Source of the DNA: Basidiobolus meristosporus CBS 931.73
Taxonomy: Eukaryota > Fungi > Basidiobolomycota
DNA: 34,046 nt
Assembly: GCA_002104905.1 (NCBI GenBank)
Contig: MCFE01000807.1
Span: forward strand, 1-34,046
Direction: 5' to 3'
Position 1 is the first letter of the stretch. The number at the start of each line of letters is the position of its first letter. Below are positions 21,596 to 31,877 of this stretch, piece by piece. The translations under genes were made by a program, and so were the position numbers. The notes below the pieces were generated by a model, which was given only the letters and a program-made list of their open reading frames with translations, was not told the origin of the DNA and did no database searches.

Positions 21596-24500
21596 ATGTC
21601 AAGCATATTTGGCTCCTCTCCTCATTTTTTTCAGTTCTCCGCCCCTAGCCGGAAATGTACACTTTACTCTAGAGTATCCCCTTGTACGCCTACTGACTGA
21701 ACCTTTGTAGTGCTCATTGGAGTATGCGCTTTGGACAATAAAACGCGGTCGAAACCCATGCGTAACATCCTTAATCGGCTGCTGGCGTACGAGGAATTCG
21801 ACACCGTAATATTCGGCGACAAAGTGATTTTGGATGAAGGTATGTAGGAAGGGATGAGGCTTCTGCGATTATTTGGTTGTCCAAGAACTCTCCAGTCAAA
21901 ATTAACCTAAACCAACTCTTGAGATGTGGAGAACTGGCCCTACTGCGACTTTCTTATCTCGTTTTTCTCCACCGGGTTTCCTCTTGAGAAGGCCATACAG
22001 TATGTTAAACTGAGAAGGCCCTTTTGCGTCAACGACCTTCACATGCAGCACGTTCTTTTCGACCGACGCCTGGTGTTGGCCATACTCGACGCAATTGACG
22101 TTCCAACGCCCAAGAGATTGATTATCCATCGGGACGGCGGGCCAAAGGTACCTGCTGCGGTGGCCGACAAAGTGTATCAACACATAGGGTTGAAGCTGAA
22201 CGAGGCCTTGCCTGACACTGAGGTCGAGGCTGGCTGTGACGATGGTATCTCCATCCAAGGAGAAATGATGGCGAAGCCGTTCGTTGAAAAACCCGCCAAT
22301 GGTGAAGATCATAATATCTACATCTACTATTCTAAGGAGCAGGGCGGTGGCGTGCGGTGCCTGTTTAGAAAAGTATTGGCTGATTAGGTTTATCCACTGC
22401 ACTCCACTAGCTTACCTTTTTTCCAAGATCGGTAACAAATCGAGCGAATATCGACCGGAGTTGAGCGAGGTCAGAGCGGAGGGCTCCTACGTCTATGAGG
22501 TAGGAAGGGGGTTCTTTGAGGTCTAATCTAGCGCGCTGCCTTACAGTGGCCTTGGTTCTAGGAGTTTGTCGATGTTCTCAATTCGGAGGATGTCAAAGTC
22601 TACACAATCGGCCCGAGTTACGCCCACGCGGAAACAAGGAAGTATGAGTGGATCACGCACATTCAGTCACAGCCCCTCTAAATCCCAACTCTCTTCTAGG
22701 TCGCCAGTGGTAGACGGGATTGTGAGGCGCAATGCTGATGGAAAGGAAGTGCGATACATAACTAATCTTTCAGCCGAGGAGAAGGAGATGGTAAAGAAAG
22801 TATGCATCGCGTTTGGCCAGAACATCTGCGGGATAGATCTACTTCGGACAAACGGAAAGTCCTACGTGATTGATGTGAATGGGTGGTCGTTTGTGAAGGG
22901 GAATGATAACTACTACGATATGTGCTCACAGATATTACGTCGCATGTTTCTAAGTGCAGCAAAGAGACGGTGGTTCTCTCATTTCCTAAGCCGAGGTCCC
23001 AACAACGAGAACGCGTGGACACTCAAGGGCTTCCTGTCGGTCTTTCGACACGGGGATAGAACACCAAAACAAAAAGTCAAGTTCACGTTCATCAGCCAGC
23101 CATTTATAGACTTGCTGAAGGGCTCCACTCGGAAAATCCTTTTGAAGAAAGAAAAGGAGCTGCTTGACGTGATCGAAGCAACGAACGAAGCTCTAGAGCT
23201 GGGAATCGATGATCATCAAAGGCTGGGCCAGCTCAAGCTCATTCTGGAGAATAAGTATACTCTTGTAGGGACTAAGGTGCAAGTCAAACCCTCGTTCAAT
23301 CGGAAGACTGGCCACTTTGAGAATCTGATTCTAGTGGTGAAATGGGGAGGGGAGGTAAGTGCCTATGAGCGTCTCCTATTCAAATGAACGGCGGCATTTA
23401 CTTGCGGTTAGTTTACTCACGCAGGACTACATCATACCAAAGAAGTTGCCGAAAATATGAGAAACGACCTGGCAGTCCTGAACAAGAAGCTGTTCGACGA
23501 TGTTAGAATCTATTCCAGCTCGGAAAGAAGAGCTGTGGCCACCGGTTAGTCTCCATAATGGACTAGAGTTCTTTGCTTCTTTGTGGTTCCTAAAGCGTCC
23601 CTGTTTAGCGGAGGTTTTTGGTAGAACCTTCTTGGATGTACCTCAATTGGAGAACGACTTTGTTCAGATTCGAGGCGACATGCTTGACGATAGCGACGCC
23701 GCCAAAGAACCCATAGAGCAGGCAAAAACCCAGCTATTGACGATCATGAAGGCCACTTCTAGAGAGACGATCCCAGAGCTGGTCATGATCCCGGAGGATA
23801 TAGAAGATCTCTCCGAGTTCCTCAGGGAGACTGTAGATTTATTGTCGACGTTCAGATTCACAATGCATGAAAACTTTGCCAACATGCAGGTTGAGCATAT
23901 CCAGACCACTTGGTGCTGTTCGGAAACACCTGGGCTGTTCAAAGAACGTTGGGAGAAGATCTTCCAAGACATCTGTGACCCGGGGTACAAGAACTTTAAT
24001 CCGAGCAAGGTACCAGAGCTATACGATTCGCTTAAATACGACGCACTACACAACCGAGAGTTCCTTGAGACGATCTTTATTAAAGAAGAGAACCGAGGAG
24101 AAATAGAGCAAATACGCGAACTGTATCGGCGCGCCAAGGTCCTATTCGATATAGTAGCACCACAAGAGTTCGGTATCACTGCGGACGAAAAGATGGCGAT
24201 AGGTAGCCTTACCTCCATTCCATTGCTGAATCAGATTGTGAGTGATTTAGAGGATATTCGAGACGGTAGCAATCCCAGCGCTAGGTTTTACTTCACTAAA
24301 GGTATGTAAGGGGTGTCTGAGTTGGTCGGCCTCCCCAGCATTGACCTTGAAGCATTCTAGAGTCACAGCTACACACTATGCTCAACGTTGTTTTCGGAAG
24401 TGGGCTACCAACCAAGCTAACTAGGAAAGATCTGGAGGAGCTTGACTGTAGGTGATTTTGTGACCTGTTCGTTCACACCCTCTTCTGACGTTTGGATAGA

Positions 24501-24849
24501 CCTTACGCAGATCACTTTTGAGCTTTACGAAAGTAATCGTGATTCAGACGAAGGCAAGGAATACTCGCTTCGGGTGGGATTTAGTCCCGGCGCACACCAC
24601 GCCAATGTGATGGATTTACAGATGGACGACCGGCATACGATTTTTGTTAGCCCTAGAAGGTATACTTTTTGAGCTCGTATCAGCCGCGTAACTTGCATGC
24701 TAACCGGACCTTGTATTAGGGATCTCACTCATCACTTGGAACTGGACCGTGCTTTGCAATATTTGCATGCCCAGATAGACCTGGCCAAGCAGAAGGAGGC
24801 TGAAATGAGGGCAGGCGTGGCTCTACCGGTTTTCGATAGAAGTCTTTGA
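21596..24849 (+). CDS. VIP1: Inositol hexakisphosphate/diphosphoinositol pentakisphosphate kinase (Vip1/Asp1/PPIP5K): ATP-grasp kinase plus histidine-phosphatase-like domain; about 11 exons
   Basis: Spliced model: [23 protein letters not shown]...[10 protein letters not shown]|[24 protein letters not shown]; [17 protein letters not shown]; LFRK|IGNKSS; [19 protein letters not shown]|SPVVDG; [23 protein letters not shown]; [10 protein letters not shown]; VVKWGGE|FTHAG; SSSERR; [15 protein letters not shown]; [12 protein letters not shown]; FYFTK|ES; ELD|[11 protein letters not shown]. Introns 21657-21710, 21840-21923, 22373-22427, 22500-22561 and further ones. Stop TGA 24847-24849. The start codon is less certain. 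Confidence 0.95.
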
Positions 24850-25531
24850 ATGATTCGTTTCATTGATTTCTTAGTATAGTGGAATGTCCAACATACACCT
24901 ACCCCAATATACCTATATAAAATACTGATCAAGTCATTTCTTGCTAATACCAAAACGTGGTGCGGTAGCAGTACCATTGCTATCACCGCTGCCAAGAAAT
25001 CCGCTCGAGTGTGACTTCGTATCCGCATGAACCCTACTCCGCAACGCCATGCATCACACTACAATACAGTAGGTTGAATCGCCAGAACAAAACCCATATT
25101 TTGCACACATGATGCCCTAGCTCGAATTGGATTGGGTGGCATCTCGCTTAGTAATACTCTAAAAGGCATGGTGCCGATGAATTTTGCTGAATCGCTTGGC
25201 AGCTTTCAGAATGTATATATCTGGTACCTAATTGATACGGTCCTCATTCGGCCCCAAATCATCGTGCCTCAACAAGCAAGAGGATTCGTGGATGAAAGCC
25301 GAAGATAACGCCTCTGTCATTGCGCCAATCAATCGAACAAAAAGGGCGATGTGGAAATCTAATGGGCGATTGTATGCTTCATGCGGTATTCATGTTGATC
25401 CGCTAGCCTAATACAATGCAGCTCTCTGGCACCCCGCATAAAAAAGGGATGGAGCTGGGCCACAGCCCCTTGTGCGTATAGTGTGGCCGACCAAAAGACG
25501 CATCGGAATTCATTCGACATCCATGTTCATC

Positions 25532-25556
25532 AACCCTAACCCTAACTCTAACTCTA
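25532..25556 (+). repeat. Short telomere-like tract AACCCTAACCCTAACTCTAACTCTA
   Basis: Two CCCTAA units followed by CTCTAA variants, intergenic, ~355 bp upstream of the hydrolase ATG. Confidence 0.5.
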
Positions 25557-25910
25557 TCCACCGCCACGATCAGTATTTAACGTTTGATTTTTTTATACCG
25601 GCATAAACAATCCGACGTTCCGAAAAATGTCACTATTGCCGTATCTTAATCGCGTGATTTGATGAGGTTTATAGGTAAATACCTGATATTTTAGGGAATT
25701 TTAGGTATACTGCCGGATCTTATGGCATATCTGGGAATGGGCCCGATTTTATTTTTCGCTTCTTAAATACCTCCAAGAAGCCTAATCCGCCCTACAAACG
25801 CTCTTGGTATGGAATGGTCATTAGGCAATAGGTCAGTATGTCCCCTGTTCTTGTACGGTACCTGGTTGCAGTCGGCTCACCTCCCTTCTGAATGCGCTAG
25901 TGTTAGTAAA

Positions 25911-27533
25911 ATGGTGAATTCAGGTGACTTGCAATACCTGGCCGCCGCTGCGGTGATATTTCCAAGCTTCATTTGGTACCTTAGAAAGAACATTGTTTCC
26001 CCAGTGAAGCTTCACCTCGGTAAGCCACAGCAAGGGGGGAAGGTGGAGGCCGAAAGACAACACTTATTGGAGCGTATCCAAAAGAAGTGCCCTTCGCTAT
26101 TCGACCCTGCCAAGGCGAAGTACGAGTCCACTCCTTGGTTGTTGGGTGGCCATCTGCAAACCGTTTACGCCGCAGTAGCCAATTTTGATAATACAGCGCA
26201 AGTAGAATATGAACGGTATCTAAGTAGAACGAAGTATTTGCAATTCTGGCCAAGCCTAACGTGCTCGTCGCAGAACCTTGGTTTCCACTCCTGACGGTGG
26301 CACTATCTCCGTGGACTGGTGCCCATCCTCCGAAATTAAGCCATATGATGATACCCCTACTGTGGTGATTCTTCACGGGTTGACTGGAGGTACGTTTATC
26401 GTCGTAGATACGGCTGTGCCGTAGTAACGTTCTTCACAGGCAGCCACGAGTCGTACGTTAGACAGGTGGTGGAGTCTATGACTCAGGGGCCGGGCCAATT
26501 TCGCACAGTAGTCGTCAATTTTCGTGGATGTAAGTTCGAATCTACTGGCCGTTTTACTGCCAATGTCTGTCAAAGCACTCACACGAAATCAACAGGCGCC
26601 GATACTCAACTCACATCCACTCAGCTTTATTCGGGTGCTTATACTGACGACTTGAGGATTGCCCTCAAATTCATTCAGGATCGTATACCCAAGGCGAAGT
26701 TGGCTGGTTTAGGGTTCTCCTTGGGATCAAATGTTCTAGTCAAGGTTTGTCATCTACGCCCAGCAGTCTGTTTGGCCCACCGTATGTGACCAATCTGTTC
26801 ACACACCTCTAGTACATCGGAGAGGAGAAAGAAAACTGTCCCTTTGTCGGCGCGGTCTCCGTTTCCAACCCATTTGATCTTTACCTGTTAGTAAATCAGA
26901 GATTCCACCAGGTGTGCTCGTTCGATATTAACCAAGGTCGATGCTAGGGCCAACAAATGGATGGACGAAACTTTCATCAACCGGAACCTCTACTCGAAAT
27001 CCTTGACCGACAATCTTCTTCGGGTCTTCAAGAGGTATGTCAGCCTCCCCTATTTCGGAAGTGACCAGCATTTCTTAACCGCTCGATTCTCGCGCACGTC
27101 AGACACATGCACCATTTCGAAAACACCGGCTTGCTCGATATTCCACACGTTCTCAAGAGCCGGCGGATCTCGGAATTCGACGACCGGGTCACTCGTGTGG
27201 TGTTCAAATACGATACGGTCGACGACTATTATCGGGACGCCAGTTGTGCCCGCTTCATTCCTGACGTCCGGGTTCCTCTGCTGTGTCTTAATGCAATCGA
27301 CGACCCAGTGGCCTACCATGAGTGCATCCCTTATGAGGCGTGCAGGTATTGAGGTTTGCCGGGAGATTCATCAGTAACCAGCACACTAACCTATCCATCA
27401 CAGGAACAATCCCAATGTAATCCTGGCAACCACCGAAACCGGCGGACACATCGGCTGGTTCACGGGGTCCACCAACGTCACCCGCTGGTCGGTGAAGCCG
27501 ATCTCGGAGTTTCTGACTGCGGTATTGGAGTGA
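25911..27533 (+). CDS. Alpha/beta hydrolase family 4 (yeast Eht1/Eeb1/Mgl2, mammalian ABHD1/3-like acyltransferase/esterase) with N-terminal membrane anchor; 8 exons
   Basis: Spliced model: PWLLGGHLQTVYA; TPDGGTISVDW; VVILHGLTGG|SHESYVR; VVVNFRGC; QLYSGAYTDDL; nucleophile GFSLG; VSVSNPFDL; YYRDASCARFIPDVRVPLLCLNAIDDP (catalytic Asp); TETGGHIGWF (catalytic His). N-terminal hydrophobic LAAAAVIFPSFIWYL. All introns are GT-AG, ~50-75 bp. Confidence 0.92.
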
Positions 27534-27885
27534 TTACCAAGAAGCCATCACAATCGCCATCGCCATCGCCACCGCATTACCCCAACCCCACCTTCACCAT
27601 GTCGCTTGTAATTTGCACCCGCCGGATGGCAATCGGTTAACATTAATTTATTCAGTCTCTAGTTTATCCAAGCTCATCTGGGCTGATCTACCCCAACATA
27701 CAACATGTATCCGGATTTTCAATCGAATCTGAATTCACAGCAATTTAGACGTCATCAAGCTAGCTGCATCTGCAGCAAACATTCAATAAAAGTATAATAC
27801 AAGATATTTCGAGCGCCACTAGCAGATTACTTATTGTACAATAGTTGCTGAATCACGTCAGATCATCGGCCTTGCGGCGCCTTGC

Positions 27886-29267
27886 TTAGCCATACCACTT
27901 GCCGGTAACGTTGTTCGTCTTTTTCCTTCTCGTCGGGATCACCGATTTGCGGATGTTGTAGGTGTCGATGATGACCTATGGAGATGGTCAGATGGTTACC
28001 AAGCTAGTCAACGGGCTGGGCTGGTTTACTGCAACGACCATTACCTGCCATGTAGGGAGATCCAGCTCTATGATCAGCTGCTTCTTCACCAGGCCTTGCG
28101 CGTAGTCCTCCTGGGTAGGCGGCATGCATGCCTCTATGAATGTCATGTGTAGTCAGAATCTGGGTTTCAGGAGGCAGGGAGCGCTCGTTCATTACCGAGT
28201 ATTGGCTGGCCACTTTCGTCGTCGATGTAGGCTTTCCCGTCGCGGATAAGGAAGGATAGATAGAAGATGTTCTCCACCGTCTGCGAGAAGGATTCCGGGT
28301 TGATGATGAAGTCGAAGTAGTTGATGGGGCCATGGTGCTCGAGAAGAGAGGCGATCGCCTGCACGTTCTTGGTGGTTTCGTTCTCCTGCTTCTCTATGTC
28401 CCCTTCTTTCAGCTGACGGTAGTAACAGGGGGTTAGAAGAGGGTTGACTGGCCGGGGATTTGGGGGTACTCAATTTATCTAACCTCCTGGGGTTTGGTGA
28501 GAAACGCCTTGTCTTTTTCCAAACGTGCACGCTGCTTTGATATTTGCCGGGTTTTTTGTTCGGTTGCGAGTGGGCCGAGACTAGATAGCAGGGTTTGGGT
28601 TCAATGAGGGGACGGGACAGTACACATAGGCTCAGAAGGACTTACATATAATCCATGGACGGGGCGCGTGCGGTGTAATTTGTAGCAATCTCCCCTACAG
28701 CATCCCAATTAAGAACGGATCTACCCTCGTCGTCCTCTAACCCTTGGCGGCCACCCATAATGGTGACCAACTTTGCTATGTATTCGCTAGTATCAAATGC
28801 ATGACTGTCTATTTTCATTCGGCGGGCTTTTTGGGTACCAATGTCGGCGGAGAGGACGAGAAGTCGAGCATCGAGCGTTGCTTCGTAGGGGTTTTTGACC
28901 TTCTTGAACAGCTCGTTGGCTTTGGCGATGTTGTCGATCAGTCCATCGCAGTCGGAATTAAGTAGGTCCTTTTTGTTTTCTGAAAACAACCTCTGGTTCA
29001 GTAAACACTCTAGGGAAGGGGAGCATTCAACAAGAATCACCAGGGCCTACCTTCCGTGTTGACGATCAGATCTCTGTATTGCTTCCTGAGCCAACGTTTC
29101 TCACTTTTCTCTTGGCTGGGATCGTAAGCTTCTTTGTTCGACACCGTGGCGAGTTTCTCCCCAAGTAGCGCTTGGAGCTCCTCGCTGATCCCGTTCTGCG
29201 AGGCGCTTAGCATTTGTGAGGCTTGGGACTGGGAAAGATCATTTTGCGAGATGTCCGGTTGTGACAT
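27886..29267 (-). CDS. NSE4: Nse4 (kleisin subunit of the Smc5/6 complex; Nse4/EID3 family); 6 exons
   Basis: Spliced model: KRWLRKQYRDLI; ANELFKKVKNPYEATLDARLLVLSAD; FDTSEYIAKL; NWDAVGEIA...APSMDY|ILGPL; NETTKNV; INYFDFIINPESFSQTVENIFYLSFLIRDGKA (Nse4_C signature); QLIIELDLPTWQ|VIIDTYNIRKSVIPTR. Stop TAA 27888-27886. Confidence 0.93.
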
Positions 29268-30144
29268 GTGCGGAGATACCTGGTCCGGTAGGTAAGGAGT
29301 AACAAAGCAACGAATGAAACTCCACACTGAGTCCGACCTAAATCCTGAGGAGTCCCTAAAAACCAGACAACCGCCGGATCAAATGAAATTCGTTTTTTCG
29401 AACCAATCCAAGGATCCGGCGGTGTGATGTTGATTGTTTATCAAATCAATTTTTGGTCGATGTACCTTGTCCCATTGCTATTCCCAGCTATCTCCATCAA
29501 GCCCATGAGTGCAGTTGGGAACGATTCCCCCGTGAACAATCGCCTGGCCGCTGTTTCGAATGTGGGCCCTGTGCCATCCAAAGTAGTGTGCCATTCCGTT
29601 TACTAGTCCACAGATCCGGTGAGATAACAATGAGCTGAAGGAGAGGTTCTTGCCACACACGCTGCTATTACCCTCTGGCAATCTGTAGGCGGAGACAGTA
29701 AGGTACCCACAGGGCTTGGCACTGGGCTTCTCTGTGCTTCCTTTTTGAAAGAATCGTTTCGATGCCTGGCCGGTTTGATTTAGTTGGACCATGGGCGATG
29801 GAGATGGGTGGTCGGAATCATCTCCGTCCAGTTGAAAGGTCAGCACATTGAGGTGAGGAAATTGGGGTCCCTACCGCAGCGAGCCACTGATCTTATTCCA
29901 GATGGAGCCTGATACACCGATCTGCCAATAGAATCATTTCTGAGGTCGCTTATGAGATTGAATCCAGATTGATCCAACCAGGTTTTGCTTCCAACAGGTT
30001 TGTGGTCTCCTTATTTCTGATGATTGATGAGAGGTGAAGGGCTTTCTCCTAATGAGGCGTATTGAAAAATCAACAAGAATCTCGCATTGGTTTATGATAG
30101 ATCATTCTAGGTGCAAATGTTCTGCTTGGATATGCAGATAGCCG

Positions 30145-31379
30145 TATTCTGGAGGTGTTGCTGTACCAACTGTGTTTAGAAATTGTAAGTACAGGTTTCC
30201 ATAGCCACCTTGGACTGAATATAAGAACCATGTTGTATGAGGTACTTTTGAGTTAAGCCTTGCTCCTTGTCTGGTGTGCCCCTTATGTTGACTATTATGG
30301 CCACTGGCAGTGCATAATAAACAGGCCAAAGTGTGGCTTAATATCCAATAACATATAGGATTGAGACCCTTGGATCACTCTCCATGGATTACCAACTTCC
30401 CATTGTAAGAGTCCTATACCCACACTTTTTGTTTGTGATGATATCCATATCTTTACTCCTCCACATACCCCTGGTGGTATTTCTTACTTGTACTCACCCA
30501 TTGAAAGGAAGCATATTGTTTGACATCTATTTGGCATGCAAGGATGATAAAAGAAATGCATAGTGCATTGCCTTGCCCAGGAAAAAATTCACAAAAGGCC
30601 AGCAGAATAACATCATAACATCAACTGAACTCTAAGTTTCCTAAAACTTAAAGCTCTCATTATCTCAGGTACTTGGTGTTTGGCAGACAAGTAGACTGTT
30701 GTATCCAAGAGAAAAGTGTAATAAAACTCTTGAATGAGTTAACTGAACCTAAGTGACAACTAAGTGCAGGATCTTAGAATTGTCAAGAGTGACAGAAATA
30801 TTAGCAGAGAGGTTCTGGTCTAATATTGGTCTTGAACATAGCTGAGTTAGGCTATAAAGGTGACAGAGTTGGTTTGCTATGCAAGCTAGGCTTGGTGTTC
30901 TTGGGAATGCTAGATATGCTAGGCTTGGGTAGAAACTAGAATGGAATTGTTGAATTCTTAATTTTGCTGAGACACAATCTTAATTTCATTGTGACACACA
31001 CTAAACCAAAAGGTTCAGTAAACTTTTTTTAAACTTTTCTAATCAAGTTGAATTAGTAAGTGCCAAGAGACTGGACTAATTGAGATCTGTTGGGGTATTG
31101 ATAGGTGCATAAGATGAATGAAAATTTGCATCATTAATTAGCTGAGGTCTTGGCAACTGCTAAGTGGTGGATAAATCCTGGATGACTAATCACATGGAAA
31201 GGCTTAGCAGATTAGTTAAGGATGTAATGACCACATGAAAATGGATCAGGAGTGACAACTAATAATAGATTCTGAGAAGTAATAACATAAACCATAACAG
31301 GGATTAATTATGTTTGGGTTAGGGAAAAACAGTAAGGGTACTAGATTTTCTAACAGAGTGAAAATGGCTAAGTTTTAAG
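30145..31379. repeat. AT-rich, CpG-free degenerate repeat/transposon-derived DNA flanking the copia 5' LTR
   Basis: No CG dinucleotide from 30145 to 31526 on line-by-line inspection. Contains a block (30599-30689) homologous to 19689-19779. No long ORF. Confidence 0.65.
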
Positions 31380-31863
31380 TGTTGATACACAACACAGACA
31401 CATTTCCTAGGAGGAAACTAGGCTGACCAGCATTTATATCAGATCTGGTAATAAATCTGTACCACTTCCACAAAGAACTACAACTGAAAATTGAAAGAAA
31501 AACACCAGCAAAATGTTGTAAAAGTTCGTATTTTCCACCTAAATATTCACCTAACTTAGTCACTTAGATCATCACCTTCAAATCCTAGAGAATACTGACC
31601 AAATTCCTTGTCGGGATTTACTTAGAATATTTTCACCAAAGTACCAGGTACCCAGAACATGAAAATTCTCAAAGTTGTCCAAACAGCCCCAAACTTTGCA
31701 CACATGTTCTTGGGACCTTCCTTAACCTATTCTACGTGTTTGTAATGCCAAGACCATGTAAAAGTATAAATACTACTTTTACATTCAATAAATCATTAAG
31801 TGAAAACCACATAATCTACTTGTTCTCCAAATCACTTCCAATATCTCCAAGACTCTTACAACA
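31380..31863 (+). repeat. 5' LTR (484 bp if the TGTTG start is correct)
   Basis: Starts TGTTG (31380), ends TACAACA (31863), giving a 5-bp inverted terminus. TATAAATA at 31765-31772 and AATAAA at 31787-31792. The 3' end is fixed by the PBS. The 5' end cannot be confirmed without the 3' LTR and target-site duplication (candidate TTAAG, 31375-31379). Confidence 0.75.
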
Positions 31864-31877
31864 GGTTATGAGCCCCA
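31864..31877 (+). promoter_or_regulatory. Primer-binding site complementary to the anticodon stem-loop of initiator tRNA-Met
   Basis: GGTTATGAGCCCCA immediately after the LTR-terminal CA. The reverse complement contains GGGCUCAUAACC, the anticodon arm of fungal tRNAiMet. Same architecture as Drosophila copia (GGTTATGGGCCC) and yeast Ty5 (GGTTATGAGCCC). Confidence 0.9.

Noticed and set aside
21902-24218. Long antisense ORFs 21902-22402, 22762-23022 and 23664-24218
   Set aside because: They are shadows of VIP1 coding exons on the opposite strand, with no independent motifs.
27553-27570. (ATCGCC)3 microsatellite
   Set aside because: Three units in the 3' UTR between convergent genes; ordinary simple repeat.
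29453-29990. Several overlapping 60-120 codon ORFs upstream of NSE4, including a DLVGP integrase-like pentapeptide
   Set aside because: No consistent frame or further integrase motifs; CpG content is host-like; cannot be called.
31736-31867. N-terminal 44 codons of the 725-aa ORF in the track
   Set aside because: They lie inside the LTR (U3/R/U5), upstream of the PBS. The AT-rich frame is open by chance; Gag homology starts after 31868.
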